Made by a program: the position numbers and the translations under genes. From assembly GCA_965287045.1 (NCBI GenBank), contig OZ336890.1:40672001-40736000 (forward strand): a DNA stretch of 64,000 nucleotides, in the 5' to 3' direction. Shown here one piece after another: positions 51,366-62,105 of this stretch. Position 1 is the stretch's first letter; each line of letters begins with the position of its first letter. A model generated the notes under the pieces. That model was not told the DNA's origin and searched no databases. It worked only from the letters and a program-made list of their open reading frames with translations. This DNA is from Carcharhinus amblyrhynchos (lineage: Eukaryota).

Positions 51366-52139
51366 TTGGAGTCCGGGAGTCATTGAGTTGATAAGCTTTC
51401 TTATCACTGTCCTACGTATGTAGTTGTTTTTCTCCCAAATAAATCTCCTGTTCATTTATCTGGTCATTGATTCCTCGCTATTATTACAGCAAGTATGCCA
51501 TATGCCTTTTTAACTACCTTAGCTACCTGTCCTGCTGCCTTTAGGGACCTCTAGACATGCATCCCAAGATCTCTCTGGTTCTCTGTACTTCCTAGCGTTC
51601 AATCGTTCATGGTGTCCCTTGCCTTGTTCGTCCTGCCAAAATGCATCACCTCTCACTTTTCAGGGTCATTGTCACATTGCTTTGAATTGATGTTTGCTGT
51701 GTACACATTGTTTACCTGTGTTTCAATAGTCAAAACACTTGAAAAACTCATGACCGTCTGTAAAGCACTTTTGAGATGTCCATAGGTCGTAAACACACAC
51801 AAGATTTTTGTTATTTTCTTCTTAGCAGCGGGTGGTTTAAAATGGTATTTAAGAAAATGTAGTAACTACATAAGAAAGAATCTCAGCCAAGTTCTATTAA
51901 TGTGGAGTAAAATATTACAGACTGAGAAATTTTAAAGTAATAGTCCTTTTTTCACATGTAAGACACGAAGTGTTATTTTTCTTTTGTCCTCTCTCCTATA
52001 TACTAACTGTCGTATCTAGTTCATTATTATTGTACGCTGAGGGAGAATAGGAGGGAAACGAGTTTAAAATAAGCAACATGCTGGGATCCTCATCACTGGT
52101 GACTGCCTTTGATTGTGAAATCTGAGATGTTAGGGCCCA

Positions 52140-52490
52140 TTCTCGTTAGTTGTATTATAATGAGACTATTCATCTAGAAACTCAGCTAATGTTCTTGGGA
52201 TCTGGGTTTGATTTCTGCCATGGCAAATGGTGGAATTTGAATTCATTAACAAATATCTGTAATTAAGGATCTACTGATGACCATGAAACTTTTGTCGACT
52301 TTGGAAGCAAACATATGGTACATTAATGCCCTTTAGGGAAGGAATTCTGCCATCCATTACATGGTCTGGCCTACATGTGACTCCAGAACCGCAGCAATAT
52401 GGTTGAGTTTCAACTTTCCTCAGACAACGAGGGATGGCCAATAAATGCTGGCCAGCCAGCGACGCCCATGCCCAAAAAAAGAATTTTTTA
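52140..52490 (+). mobile_element. tRNA-derived SINE, second family
   Basis: Match to the 21303 type. Confidence 0.8.
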
Positions 52491-53912
52491 AAATGGCCGT
52501 TTTAGTAATCAAGATAAGCACGGAAATCGGAAGCACAGTTTAAAAAAAATCAACAGTTACCCCACTGACACGGCAGAACATCACCGTCATTGTACGTGTA
52601 TCTTGCTAAATAGAAGATCAATCTGGTCTATCCAACAAAGCTCATTGAATGTACCACCGTTTAACTAACAATGGAGTTTGAACAGTTCTGAATTTCAGAC
52701 CCAAATAGAAATTATTTTGTAAGTAATTCCTCCTTAATTTTAAGTAAACCCAAAGACAACCATTACATTTCTGATCAATGCGTGTGCACATTAAGCAATT
52801 AAAAGACTGATGCACAAATCAACCTTTTGAAGGCATCAAGATGGGTGTGAGGTATGTTGTGGAAACTCTATAGATGAGAGCAAGAGAAGAAGGACTTGCT
52901 TAGCCTGGGTTCCACGGTGCCCTTGTCTGCGTAAGTGGCTCATGGACCCAGCAACCTTTTGCGTCTCATTACATTTTGAATGAAGATCACAGAATTTATG
53001 TTCTGATTTGCAAAAAAGAGTCCAAACCCAAAGGCTGGAACCTGTCCAGCTTCTACAGTTTTTGTCTGCAAAAGAAGCCATTCTAATCCCATCGGTGTGA
53101 GCCTTGACCCACTCTTGGGCCCCCAAAGAAGCTATGTGTGAACCATTCCAACATCCAAAAGGGACACATTCATCAAGAAGTGCACCCACTGGCTAATTAA
53201 TGCACAAAACTACTCTGAATCTTAAAAAAAGAAGCACAGCAAATACAGTGATGTATTTACATCATGCTTATACAATGTAGACAGCTTTTATATCTTCAGA
53301 CATAACATTTCAAAAAATAATTCACTGTGTGTGAAGTGCTTTGGGAAATACGAAGAGATGTGATAAGGCACAATATATTTGGTAGTTTTTGCTTTCTTTT
53401 TCTCCTTCATAATACTTGATTATCTGAATAAGATTTAAAAGTGGAGAGAGAAATTACTGATTGTATTTAAAGAGAACATTAAGATAAACATGCTGCAGTC
53501 TTCACCCTTATGCAATGTTAGCTATGTCTGGGGAGATTTTAATATTTATAGAAATACAGAAAATGTTTGAAAAATAGGCAGGATTCATATTGTGCTATAA
53601 ATTGTATTGAAAAATCTACATCCAGCTATCCATCATGCTCCTGATATGATGTGGTCAAATGCTCATTTTACCAAGACGTAGTTCTGATTTTTCATGGTGA
53701 TCTAACTTGCACCCACAAAGGGGCAGGCAGTGCATAGTACATTCATTTCACAATGGGACATAGTGCACGGGACATCCGTTTCAAAATCAGGCAGGCAGTG
53801 CCCAGGGCATTTAATTCATCTGATAATGTCAAAGGCCAAAGTCACTGTTGTGATCAGATTTACTTACATTTGAGTGAGCCACCAGCATTAAACACACTGC
53901 TTGTAGTTAGTT

Positions 53913-54316
53913 TGCCATTTAGGAAGGCAGAAAATCCAGTGGACCTGGTGCTTAAAGTCAACCTTGAAGGAGAAGGGGGAGTTTCCTTCAGAAGGGCCAG
54001 GGAGCTACAGTTTTTGGAAACTTATGAAGCTGTTCATTGAAAAAGTCAAGAATGAGAAGAAGATTGTGTTACACTCAGATCGAAAATGGGTGCTATGTCA
54101 AGGAATCAGCACACATAGAGGAAGAGAACATGGCGCGTTAATGCCAGCCACATCATTTCTAGGACATCACCGGAGCACTGCAGAACCACAATTGCCAAAG
54201 ACTCTCTTCATAGATCTTTGAAGATTATGGGCCAATTGGAAGATGGGATTAGAATAAAGAGGCGGGTTGACTTTAAGCACCAGGAACACTGGATTTTCTG
54301 TCCTCCTAAATGGGCA
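53913..54316. repeat. Short inverted repeat, arms 53913-53963 and 54265-54316 (~51 bp)
   Basis: ccatttaggaaggcagaaaatccagtggacctggtgcttaaagtcaacc versus ggttgactttaagcaccaggaacactggattttctgtcctcctaaatgg. Confidence 0.9.
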
Positions 54317-54344
54317 GAATACATAATAGAAGAAATAGTTTGGA

Positions 54345-54560
54345 TCTGATTTGGTTTATTATTGTTTCATATATTGGTATACATTGAAAAGTATTGTTTC
54401 TTGCACACTATGCAGACAAAGCATACTGTCCATAGAGAAGGAGAGAGTGCAGAGTGTAGTGTTACAGTCATAGCTAGGGTGTAGAGAAAAATCGACTTAA
54501 TCCAAGGTTGATCCATTCAAAAGTGTGATGGCAACAGGGAAGAAGGCTGTTCTTGAGTCG
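54345..54560 (-). mobile_element. Rex1/Babar 3' UTR fragment
   Basis: Same 3' UTR as the other four copies. Confidence 0.8.
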
Positions 54561-55024
54561 TGGAAGTGGAAGAGCCATCACTGTCCTATAGGGCACTGCT
54601 AAACAACATCTTCAGTGAATGGAGGGCACGTAGCATTGGCTATGGTGAGGCAGCAGGCCAGAGAGAGACAGAGTTCTGTCTCTTGTTCCCTTCCCTTTTC
54701 CACTTCACCCTCCAACATGCACAAACACTCTCACATCATGGTTCCCTGGTGCTGTGAAGAGTTGCTACTTAACTGCTAACCCTTTCTGTTGTAAGAGGCA
54801 GCATCAGTGCCTTGCTGGGGGCTTATCCAAATGGGAAGGCAAGAGAGGAATAGTGAGCAGTGAGGGGCGTAATTTGTGTGCCAGTTTAGGAAGCAGTAAA
54901 GGCAGCATCCTGGATTGTCTTTATATCACTGGGGACTGATTTAAGAATATGTTACAGGTTCTGCCTCTTTCCACAGGAACTCTGGTCTATTAAATTGAGG
55001 CCAGCTCAAACACTGCATCAAATT

Positions 55025-55285
55025 TAAAATTTATTCATTAGTGGCGCCAGTAGGCTTACATTAACGCTGCAATTAAGTTACTGTGAAATCTCCTAGTTGC
55101 CGCACTCCGTTTGGGTACACAGAGGGAGAATTTAGTATGGCCAATGCACCTAACTTTGTGGGAAACCCTCGTAGGCATGGGGAGAATGTGCAGACTCCAG
55201 GCAGACAGGCATCTGAACCAGGAATCTAACTCGGGTCCCTGGCAGTGTGAGGCAGCAGTGCTTACCGTTGTGCCACCATGCTGTC
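55025..55285 (-). mobile_element. V-SINE, alternative tail
   Basis: Match to the 16790 type with an internal deletion. Confidence 0.8.
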
Positions 55286-55361
55286 CCAGATAGTTTATTG
55301 GTACTTTGTTTCTGTGATTTATATCTCACTGCCCTATTTACACTAGGAAGATGGGATATTT

Positions 55362-55685
55362 TGTTTATTCTTTCACAGGATGTAGGCATCGCTGACAAGG
55401 CCAACATTTGTTGCCCTTGCACTGTGTGGCTTCCTCAGCCATTGCATGGGGCAGGTCAAAGTTATTCACATTGCTGTGGGTCTGGAGTCATGTGTAGGCC
55501 AAACCAGGTAAGGAGGACTGATTTTTTTTTCCCCAAAAGGACATTAGGATGGGTTTTTGCCATCAGTGATGGCTTCCATGGTCACCACTTCTGAGATCAG
55601 ATTTATTATTCCAGATTTATTCTTTAATTGTATTTAAATTGTACCAGCTGCTGTGGTGGGGTTTGGATTAGTCGCCTGGATTTTT
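55362..55685 (-). mobile_element. tRNA-derived SINE, second family (decayed)
   Basis: ttattctttcacaggatgtaggcatcgctgacaaggccaacatttgttgccc is the reverse-complement tail. Confidence 0.7.
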
Positions 55686-56957
55686 TTAGATGAAATCACT
55701 GCTAAAGACTTCTCATCCACATTAAAAGAATTGAGGAAGAGCGTGCATTCTTTAACTATTCAGTGCACAGAACATGCTGTGAGGATGTGGGCAGAAGTGG
55801 GGAAACAGATGATATTGAATTCACTGTCCATTTTACATCCTATTTTGCAAGGAGATGGATCGAGGATTTGCCCTGTCCACTCTGCGCGTTGGCTTTGTAA
55901 CTTTAAAAACGGAGCAAACTTGTTAAAAAAAATTCTGTTCCATCGACTTCAGTGGGTTGTCAAGTTGTTTTCTCCCAAAATCACAATCTCCCACCCCCAC
56001 CCCACCCCATCCCATCAGTGTGGATGTGTACTGGTGGAATGTACACACAATCAGCAGACAAAACCATAAACCAAATGTGAATGGTTTTGCTTGGCAATGT
56101 ACGCTCCAGTAAACAACATCAGCGCTGCAGTTGCCAGAAAGGAGAGGAGTGGGGGTAGTTAATCTCTGTTTACAATACACTTGCTTCATCTCTGGAGACA
56201 ATCCCTCCCATCTAGCCCAGACAGAGGAGATGCACTGATTCTCCACAGCTGTTGGAAGTTGTAACGTTGAGCTGTCTCAACCCTAATTTTCTCCAGTGGA
56301 CACATTCCACAGCATGAAAGTCTCTCAAAGTTCGGCCCGCGTTCCAGCTTAATGTCTTAATTGTCTCCTCACTGTGTATTTTTTTTAGAGTATGTATACA
56401 ATTTTGATCTTATTCTTGAACGTTGTAAATTTCTGGTGACTTGCTGGTATTCAGATCTGCCTCGTATCACTGCAAAGTCAGCGAGTGCACATAACAAGGC
56501 TCTTTTGATGTGAGCCAATGTGGTAACCAAGAGCTCACCCAGCTTAGGTCAGCAGCTAAAAAGTGAATATTGCTACTATCTGCTTATCAATCAAAGCAGA
56601 AGTAGTAGATGACTGCAATACGGCAGTGGGTGCCACAAGCATTTACCTCCCAGCTGATCTGAGGTCCCAATTAGTACCAGTTCCACTGATTAAAGATAAT
56701 GATAATATAGTATTGTTGTTCAACCTATACCTGTACCGACTCTGTCAACCAAAATACCATGTGAATTGTGTATGGCTGTGACCTCAAAACATGAATTCTG
56801 ATATTGTAGTGGTTCTGAAAACAGAGCTGCTTGAGAAGATAAATGTGTGCCTATGTTCAGGGATATGTCAAACCGTGCCACCCTTCTTACATTCTGATGT
56901 AATGCGCCTTTAAGGGATAGTATCATGCTATCACTTTAAGGGAATTGTGTCAAGGGG

Positions 56958-57268
56958 GAAGCAATGGCCTAGTGGTATTATCGCTAGATTATTAATCCAG
57001 AAACTCAGCTAATGTTCTGGGGATCCGGGTTTAAATCCCGCCACGGCAGATGGTGAAATTTCCATTCAATAAAAAATATCTGGAATTAAGAATCTACTGA
57101 TGACCATGAAACCGTTGTCGGAAAAACCCATCTGATTCACTAATGCCCTTTAGGGAAGGAGGTCTGCTATCCTTACCTGGTCTGGCTGACGTGTGCCACA
57201 GCAATGTGGTTGATTCTCGACTGCACTCCAAGGGCAACTAGGGATGGGCAATAAATGCTGGCCAGCCT
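56958..57268 (+). mobile_element. tRNA-derived SINE, second family
   Basis: gcaatggcctagtggtattatcgctag...gggatgggcaataaatgctggccagcc. Confidence 0.85.
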
Positions 57269-58402
57269 ATGTTGGTTGCTGGTGGACACCATGCCGAACT
57301 CCGGAAGCAGACCAGGCATTGTTCCCCATTAACATTCCAGGCAATGACCACACATGTTTGCAACTTTAAGGTAAATGAGGCATGAGGCTATTTTTTGCCC
57401 CTGTAGCTAACTGCCTCTGTCTGAGAGTTGATAAGATAAAACAGCTTCTTACACCTTTAGCTAACTATTTACCCAACCCAACCCACCCTTTGATAAAAAG
57501 TAATTTACTCCATTTGTTCAGTTACAATTCGATTTTCAAGTGCTCCCCATCTTGGGACCAAGCTTCTGATATCCATTTGACAGGTGTCAGCTGTTTCTAG
57601 ACATTCCATTAGGAGGTAATGTAGATTAGGAGACCCGGATTCGAATCCACCCTCACAAGCCCTGTCCCCTTGGCACTGCCTGTTGCCCAGTGAGCAGTGC
57701 CAAGATGCTTCTGGGGCATTGCCAATTTGCCCCTTGGTCAGTGACAGGGAACCAGGCTGGCATTGGCAAGGGGGCACCCCCCCCCTTCCATTACTCCTGA
57801 CCATCCCCACTCCATCCCTGCCCTATCCCCAGCTATCCACCATGGCTAATCCAACAATTTCCAGCACAAAGCTTATGATTCCAAAAAACTTGAAGCCAGA
57901 GACACACGGAGGCCATGGCGTCCAGCGGGGATTCCGCTAAACGGACTCTGCTGATGTCTCCCAGCCCATTGGGCTGCTAGAGCAGTGCAGCAGGCTGGAA
58001 GAATTGCCCCCTTTGATTTATGCAGGAACTAATTCGCACTTGAATTTTCTCTTTGTTTTGTGCTGATGTGGCCGATTTTGGGCCAATTGGAAAACTCTGC
58101 CTCTGTGTATGTGGGAAGATCAATGCCAAATTAAATTGATAGCAGGCAAGTGCAAAGTATTATGTCTGGAATAGTGGGTCAATGGTTATGGTAATGCAAT
58201 AGTGGTGTGTATCATGATGTAATTAGCAATCATAATAAAGGACTGAGGGAAAAGATGGAATAATCTGTACCTTGAAGTTTAGAATGTTCTAGAGTGTAAA
58301 TACAGGAGTTTTTCAAAAAAAAGTTTGAATTATACATAAATCACTCATAAGTGGTTGGAAATCTTTCTACTCCAGAATGGGCTGCAAATTCTCCATATAA
58401 TC

Positions 58403-58750
58403 CATAGAATCCCTGTAGTGCAGAAGAAGTTGTCTGTGCTGACCCTCTGAAAGAGCACTCTTCCCAGGCCCACTGCTCTGCTCCAGCCCCACCTATCTAC
58501 CATGACAAATGGAGTAAATCAATCATGACTAACCCACTTCACCTACATGTCTTTGGACACCAAGGGGCCAATTTAGCATGGCCAATTCACCTAATTTGCA
58601 CATCTTCGGACTGTGGCAGGAAAGTGGAGCTCTTAGAGGAAACCCACGCAGATACGGGGAGTACGTGCAGACTCCGCCCAGACCAAAATCAAACTGGGGC
58701 CCCCGGTGGGGTAAAGCAGTAGTGCGGACCACTGTGCCACCGTGCTACCC
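58403..58750 (-). mobile_element. HE1-type V-SINE with a 23-nt internal insertion
   Basis: Tail catagaatccctgtagtgcag through head ccactgtgccaccgtgctaccc. Confidence 0.85.
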
Positions 58751-59107
58751 TAAATTACCAGGGGAAAGATCCAAATGGTATTTACAGTGGAAACCAAAAC
58801 ATTCAGTCTCAGGACTAGCAGAAGGGAAATTTAGGAGCGGCATTAAGAAATTAGTTCTTCACACATCAACACATGGACTGGAATCTTCTAGCCTCCAACA
58901 CCACCGGGATCTTCCAGTCCAGTCGAAAGTCAGTGGATTTTTGGCTGGACCACCGCATCCTCCATAGTGGACCTCAAATTCTGACCATAGAATGGACTTC
59001 CAGCTCCGGTAGTGGAGGCAAAAACCTTGGAACCATTTAAGAAACAATTGGATGCAGCAATAAGAGGACCTTAGAATCATTCTAAATGAATGGATTAAAA
59101 TTTCCCT

Positions 59108-59248
59108 CAGTAAGAAGTCTCACAACACCAGGTTAAAGTCCAATAGGTTTATTTGGTAGTAAATGCCACTAAACCTGTTGGACTTTAACCTGATGTTGTG
59201 AGACTTCTTGCTGTGTTTACCCCAGTCCAACGCCAGCATCTCCACATT
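59108..59248. mobile_element. Fold-back Penelope-like element (opposite orientation, centre deleted)
   Basis: Ends ccccagtccaacgccagcatctccacat; flanking aatttccctcag / aatttcctcag TSD. Confidence 0.75.
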
Positions 59249-60071
59249 ACAATTTCCTCAGAAGAGATAGTCTGTGAGTGGGTGATTCACAGAATTTTTG
59301 TTTTCGATAGATATCAGATTGTGGTGCTTATCCTGTACAATGTAAGGTTACACTAACCTGTGTGTTTATCCACCCAAATTGGGATTGTCCCTGAACAGTC
59401 TGTCGGATGTTTTACATAGCTGGGCCCTAATCTACATTACCTCCTGATGGAATGTCTAGAAACAGCTGACACCTGTCAAATGGATATCAGAATCTTGGTC
59501 CCAAGATGGGGAGCACTTGAAAATCGAATTGTAACTGAACAAATGGAGCGAATTATCTTTTATCAAAGAGGGGGTTGGGTAAATAGTTAGCTAAAGGTGT
59601 AAGAAGCTGTTTTATCTTATCAACTGTCAGACAGAGGCAATTAGCTACTGGGGTGAAAAATAGCCTCATGCCTCATTTACCTTAAAGTTGTAAACATGTG
59701 TGGTCATTGACTGGAATGTTAATTTTAACTCTTAAGCTGCCAGCAGATTGAGGGAAATGTCCATCTTCTTAAATCGAGCAGTTTTCTAAGTCTTTAAATC
59801 ACGGAGAGATGTGGGCTATAACACTGAGAATGTCATTGAGATATTCCTGATATTTATGCAGCTTTATTAATGTGATAGTCAACTTAAAATATTAAAAATG
59901 AATGCCCAATTTCTCAAAAACCAAAAGGTAACCTTGTCTGATATTTTTCTTCATTTTTATTCTTTATCTTCCAATTTTGGAATGTAGACGAATTCATTTG
60001 TTATCCTGCCTCCCCTGAGATTTGGATAGTTAGAACTACTTGAACTGTTGCAGCCTTTGTGATAATTCCTC

Positions 60072-60350
60072 GCAGTGGTTAGCACTGCTGCCTCCCAGTG
60101 TCAGAGATCCGAGTTCAATTCCTGGCTTGGGCCGCTGTCTGTGTGGAGTTTGCACATTCTCCCCGTGTCTGCATGGGTTTCCTTTGGATGCTCTGGTTTC
60201 CTCCCACAGTCCAGAGATGTGCAAGTTAGATGCATTGGCCATGCTACTTTCTCCTTCAGTGTACCTGAACAGGCGCCGGAGTATGGCAACCTAGGGGATT
60301 TTTACAGTAACTTCATTGCAATATTAATGTAAGCCTACTTGTGACAATAA
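60072..60350 (+). mobile_element. V-SINE, alternative tail
   Basis: gcagtggttagcactgctgcctcccag...gtaagcctacttgtgacaataaa. Confidence 0.85.
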
Positions 60351-60705
60351 AGAAAATTTAACGTTCAGAATGGTTTGAGGAAGAGAATTCTCGGATATTG
60401 GTGGAGGAACAAATTTGGACACACACTTGCCACACTTGCATCTCGACGTTCATGATAATCACTCGGTACTGTAGATTGGAAATCTCATATTTTTAAACAC
60501 ATATTCTAACACATCGGCTTAGACGTTATGCTGAGGAAATGGTAACATTTGAGTGGTTTGAAATTCCTTCATTCATTATTTTAATAGCAGATTTAATTTA
60601 TTTAATATAAATAACACCACCAGTAGAATTGCAAACTAAAGCATTTCAGACGAATGTACTGAACGTTCACATGCTAATACTTCCAACTTCCGGTTGTCTT
60701 TTCAG

Positions 60706-60729
60706 TGCTTGAGCTTGTATGGGTCTTTT
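60706..60729 (+). other. Candidate 24-nt microexon
   Basis: Branch-like gctaat at 60673, pyrimidine tract ttgtcttttCAG, 24 nt, then GTAAGT; open in two phases (CLSLYGSF or xLELVWVF). Confidence 0.25.
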
Positions 60730-61085
60730 GTAAGTCCAGACAACAGCTAACAACTCTTATATGGCTCCAATTTCATTCCTTGTTCGTTTCTTGTGGGATG
60801 ATTTTTGGCCAGTGGCCAGCCTGCTACCCAAAACAGGATGAAAAGCGTGAAGAAACAGTTGTACCTCATTTTTTTGAGGGGAGGGGATCTCCCATGCCCA
60901 TCACCAGCACACTCCCCCACTCCAAAGATGATTACACCCTCTCTATGCCTCTCCCCAAGCTTCTTGAACCAGACCGACCACACCCCTCCTCACTCCCACC
61001 CCCGCACTTCCTTCCCACTCACTCCTCCCCACTCCTGCACTCACTAACGTCCTAAATCCCTCCTTGACAAGAGACGCTGGACTTA

Positions 61086-62105
61086 GAACATAGAACATTA
61101 CAGCGCAGAACAGGCCCTTCGGCCCACAATGTTGCGCCGACCAGTTTTTTTAAAAAAAACACTGACCCACAAATCTAAACCAATCCGTTTTCGTCCATAA
61201 ACCTATCCACGGATCTCTTAAACGCCCCCAAACTAGGCGCATTTACAACCGCAGCAGGCAGGGCATTCCAATCCCTCACCACCCTCTGGGTAAAGAACCT
61301 ACCCCTGACATCCGTCCTATAACTACCACCCCTTAATTTAAAGCCATGCCCCCTCGTGCTAGCATTCTCCATCCGAGGAAAAAGGCTATCACTATCCACC
61401 CTATCTAAACCTCTAATCATCTTATATGTTTCAATAAGATCCCCTCTTAGCCTCCTTCTTTCCAGCGAAAACAACCCCAAATCCCTCAGTCTCTCCTCAT
61501 ATGACCTCCCCTCCATACCAGGCAACATCCTGGTAAACCTCCTCTGCACCCTCTCCAAAGCCTCAACGTCCTTCCTGTAATGTGGGGACCAGAACTGCAC
61601 ACAGTACTCCAAGTGCGGCCGCACCAGAGTTGTGTACAGTTGCAACATGACGCTGCGACTCCTAAATTCAATCCCCCTACCAATAAACGCCAAGACACCG
61701 TATGCCTTCTTAACTACCTTATCTACTTGATTCCCAACCTTCAGGGATCTATGTACACATACACCTAGATCCCTCTGCTCCTCCACACTATTCAAAGTCC
61801 TCCCGTTAGCCCTATACTCAACACATCTGTTACTCCTACCGAAATGAATTACCTCACACTTCTCCACATTAAACTCCATCCGCCACCTCTCGGCCCAGCT
61901 CTGCAACCTGTCTAAGTCACCCTGCAAACTATGACACCCTTCCTCACAATCTACCACACCACCGACTTTGGTGTCATCAGCAAACTTACTAATCCACCCA
62001 ACTATACCCTCATCCAGATCATTAATAAAAATTACAAACAGCAGTGGCCCCAAAACAGATCCCTGAAGCACACCGCTCGTAACCGAACTCCATGACGAAT
62101 ATTCA
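61086..62105 (-). mobile_element. Young 5'-truncated CR1 LINE (second subfamily), RT C-terminal half
   Basis: 298-aa uninterrupted ORF 61175..62071 with QGSVLGPLLF, KFADDTK, YCVQFWSPHY and FFTQRVV; (agaacat)n tail. Confidence 0.96.

Larger units (their letters stand above)
49237..51488 (+). mobile_element. Internally deleted Gypsy LTR retrotransposon (LTRs 49237-49529 and 51124-51488)
   Basis: LTRs TGTAGTG...TTACA, TSD gcaaa/gcaag, PBS-like tttggc after the 5' LTR, PPT gaaggcagaggga. Gag start PLIGKLEPFD..QYVERL*FYF; integrase C-terminus VRSFSNGLNWVTGMIVAKMGPV..KKHVDQ..IRKSPDRL. Confidence 0.88.
48475..51663 (-). mobile_element. Older CR1 copy (pieces 48475-48927, 49143-49236, 51489-51663)
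   Basis: FAFIRRGIDYKSREVMVDLHRTLVRPQLEYC and VYKIMKDVDR...NIFTQRVV in minus ORFs; the pieces rejoin as aataaaggcaagtatgccatatgcc. Confidence 0.85.
48232..51822 (+). mobile_element. DeuSINE-like host element split into 48232-48471 and 51664-51822 by nested insertions
   Basis: tcactaaagctgatgatctggc resumes as ggtcattgtcacattgct...ctgtaaagcacttttgagatgtcc. Confidence 0.65.
57328..59723. repeat. Long inverted repeat, arms 57328-57630 and 59426-59723 (~300 bp)
   Basis: attaacattccag...aggaggtaatgtagattagg versus cctaatctacattacctcct...ctggaatgttaat; roughly 90% identical with small indels. Confidence 0.97.
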
